Below the pieces are notes generated by a model. That model did not search any database and was not told where the DNA came from. It was given only the letters and a program-made list of their open reading frames with translations. The position numbers and the translations under genes were made by a program. DNA of 64,000 nucleotides from Andalucia godoyi And28. Lineage: Eukaryota > Protista > Jakobida. Positions 62,834-64,000 of this stretch are shown here, piece after piece. Location of the stretch: assembly GCA_009859145.1 (NCBI GenBank), contig VRVR01000017.1, positions 269,428 to 333,427 of the forward strand. The letters run 5' to 3'. Within the stretch, counting starts at the first letter, position 1; each line of letters begins with the position of its first letter.

Positions 62834-64000
62834 TCAGTCGTGAGAGGAGCGATGCCGCCGGCGATAGAACAACACATAGGCTGACGGGCTGTCCAAGTCT
62901 CGTTGATTGGCAGCGGCTACCCACGAGTCGTCAAACTTGTACCACGAAACATTCTCATCCTTTCCAGACAAGGCAGATGCGGTGTAGTGGCCCCCGGACA
63001 AGGAGCCGAAATGGTTCGAAGTTGCAAATAGATCATACACGGTGTCCGACGCATCCGTAACTCCGTGTGCAGCGCTGTCCAGATACGGAGAAACATCAAG
63101 TCCTTCGACTGGGAAATTAATGGTCGTTTCCAGTTTGCTCCGGAACAATGAGGAATACGAGAAGCGCTTCAGATGAATAACCAGAACCTCGGGCAACCGA
63201 GCCAAGTCAAACTTCTTTGATGCATGAACATGGGCTTTGCACTTTGGACAATACCACTGATCGTTGTCACCGAGAATTTCCTGCTTGACAAACATATCCA
63301 GACAGCTAGCGATGCTGCAGCCCGACTCTCGATCTGCCTTGTATTTGTGGATTGATGGATCTTCCACGACCTTGTCCTCCAGTTTACGAATGTCAAAGTC
63401 GCGATCCTCGAAAATCACTTGGTATTTGTTCTTCTCCCCATACGTGTAAAGCGGGTCTTCTGGGACAATTGTAAATGGCGATTCGCCATCTGCTTGATCG
63501 GTAGCATGCTCCGTATCGTCTTCGCGTGTCTCCACCGCGGCAGACGGTTCCGCGTCCTGTGCATCAATGTCCATCTGCGATGCTACGCGCTTTGACGACT
63601 GTGCAAGCTGCGTCGCGTCCAGGAAGAACCGCAGTACGCTTGTGATGTGCTCCGTTACTCGATCATCCTTGGGAATCACAAACGGAAGCCCGAGCTCGTG
63701 AGAAACGTTGCGTGAGGATCCATACGACCGCTCTCGACGACGGATGGAAACAAAATAGTATCCATTCTCCGGGGCTTCTGAAAACACATAGACATTTTGG
63801 ACTTCGCGAACTACATGGCTGGATTCTATGGTCTTCGAGGATTCTATGATTCGATGGATGCGATCATGCCACGATTCCGCGAGCACCATGAAATGATCCA
63901 CTGGAATGTCAGCTTGAGTGCGAACCAAATCCAACAAAAATTTCACAGATCGTCCTCGAGTGATGCTGACAATCATGTCTCGCACGGACACGTCGGTGCC
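62834..64000 (-). CDS. Ubiquitin-specific protease, USP4/11/15 (Ubp12)-like, C-terminal part; the 5' end lies beyond the window
   Basis: WYCPKCK; KKFDLARLPEVLVIHLKRFSY; His box YDLFATSNHFGSLSGGHYTA; WYKFDDS; AYVLFYRRR. Confidence 0.92.
   Translation of the reverse strand, partial: GTDVSVRDMIVSITRGRSVKFLLDLVRTQADIPVDHFMVLAESWHDRIHRIIESSKTIESSHVVREVQNVYVFSEAPENGYYFVSIRRRERSYGSSRNVSHELGLPFVIPKDDRVTEHITSVLRFFLDATQLAQSSKRVASQMDIDAQDAEPSAAVETREDDTEHATDQADGESPFTIVPEDPLYTYGEKNKYQVIFEDRDFDIRKLEDKVVEDPSIHKYKADRESGCSIASCLDMFVKQEILGDNDQWYCPKCKAHVHASKKFDLARLPEVLVIHLKRFSYSSLFRSKLETTINFPVEGLDVSPYLDSAAHGVTDASDTVYDLFATSNHFGSLSGGHYTASALSGKDENVSWYKFDDSWVAAANQRDLDSPSAYVLFYRRRHRSSHD

Overview
A gene-dense eukaryotic window, most likely from a flagellated protist. 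The evidence is WDR62, PDE6D and an SSNA1-like gene, spliceosomal GT-AG introns, GC-balanced ORFs and short AT-rich spacers. It holds about 27 protein genes, nearly all intronless: RPAP3, FAN1, WDR62/MAPKBP1, membrane PPase, glutamate dehydrogenase, classical PTP, TRIP12/Ufd4-type HECT E3, mitochondrial carrier, eIF3L, eIF3a, Tam-like methyltransferase, HEI10-like RING (4 exons), NAPE-PLD, 3-hydroxyacid dehydrogenase, ATP-grasp ligase, sarcosine/dimethylglycine methyltransferase, PDE6D, AAAP transporter, phytol-kinase-like protein and a partial USP. Several features are missed by the ORF track. (i) A selenoprotein K gene (GCC-TGA-GGT-TAA) has a type II SECIS about 270 nt downstream. (ii) A complete 2,979-bp hAT transposon has TIRs and a perfect 8-bp TSD, but a 2-nt frameshift breaks its transposase. 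(iii) A decayed endoglycoceramidase gene overlaps the end of NAPE-PLD and is cut off by a repeat. (iv) Unclassified dispersed intergenic repeats occur throughout (families A/B, C and D; 10 copies). (v) Two convergent CDSs overlap by 6 bp. (vi) A head-to-head pair of an ATP-grasp ligase and a betaine-type methyltransferase is a candidate small-molecule or osmolyte module. I could not support any rRNA, tRNA or CRISPR array. All family assignments come from recalled motifs, not database searches.
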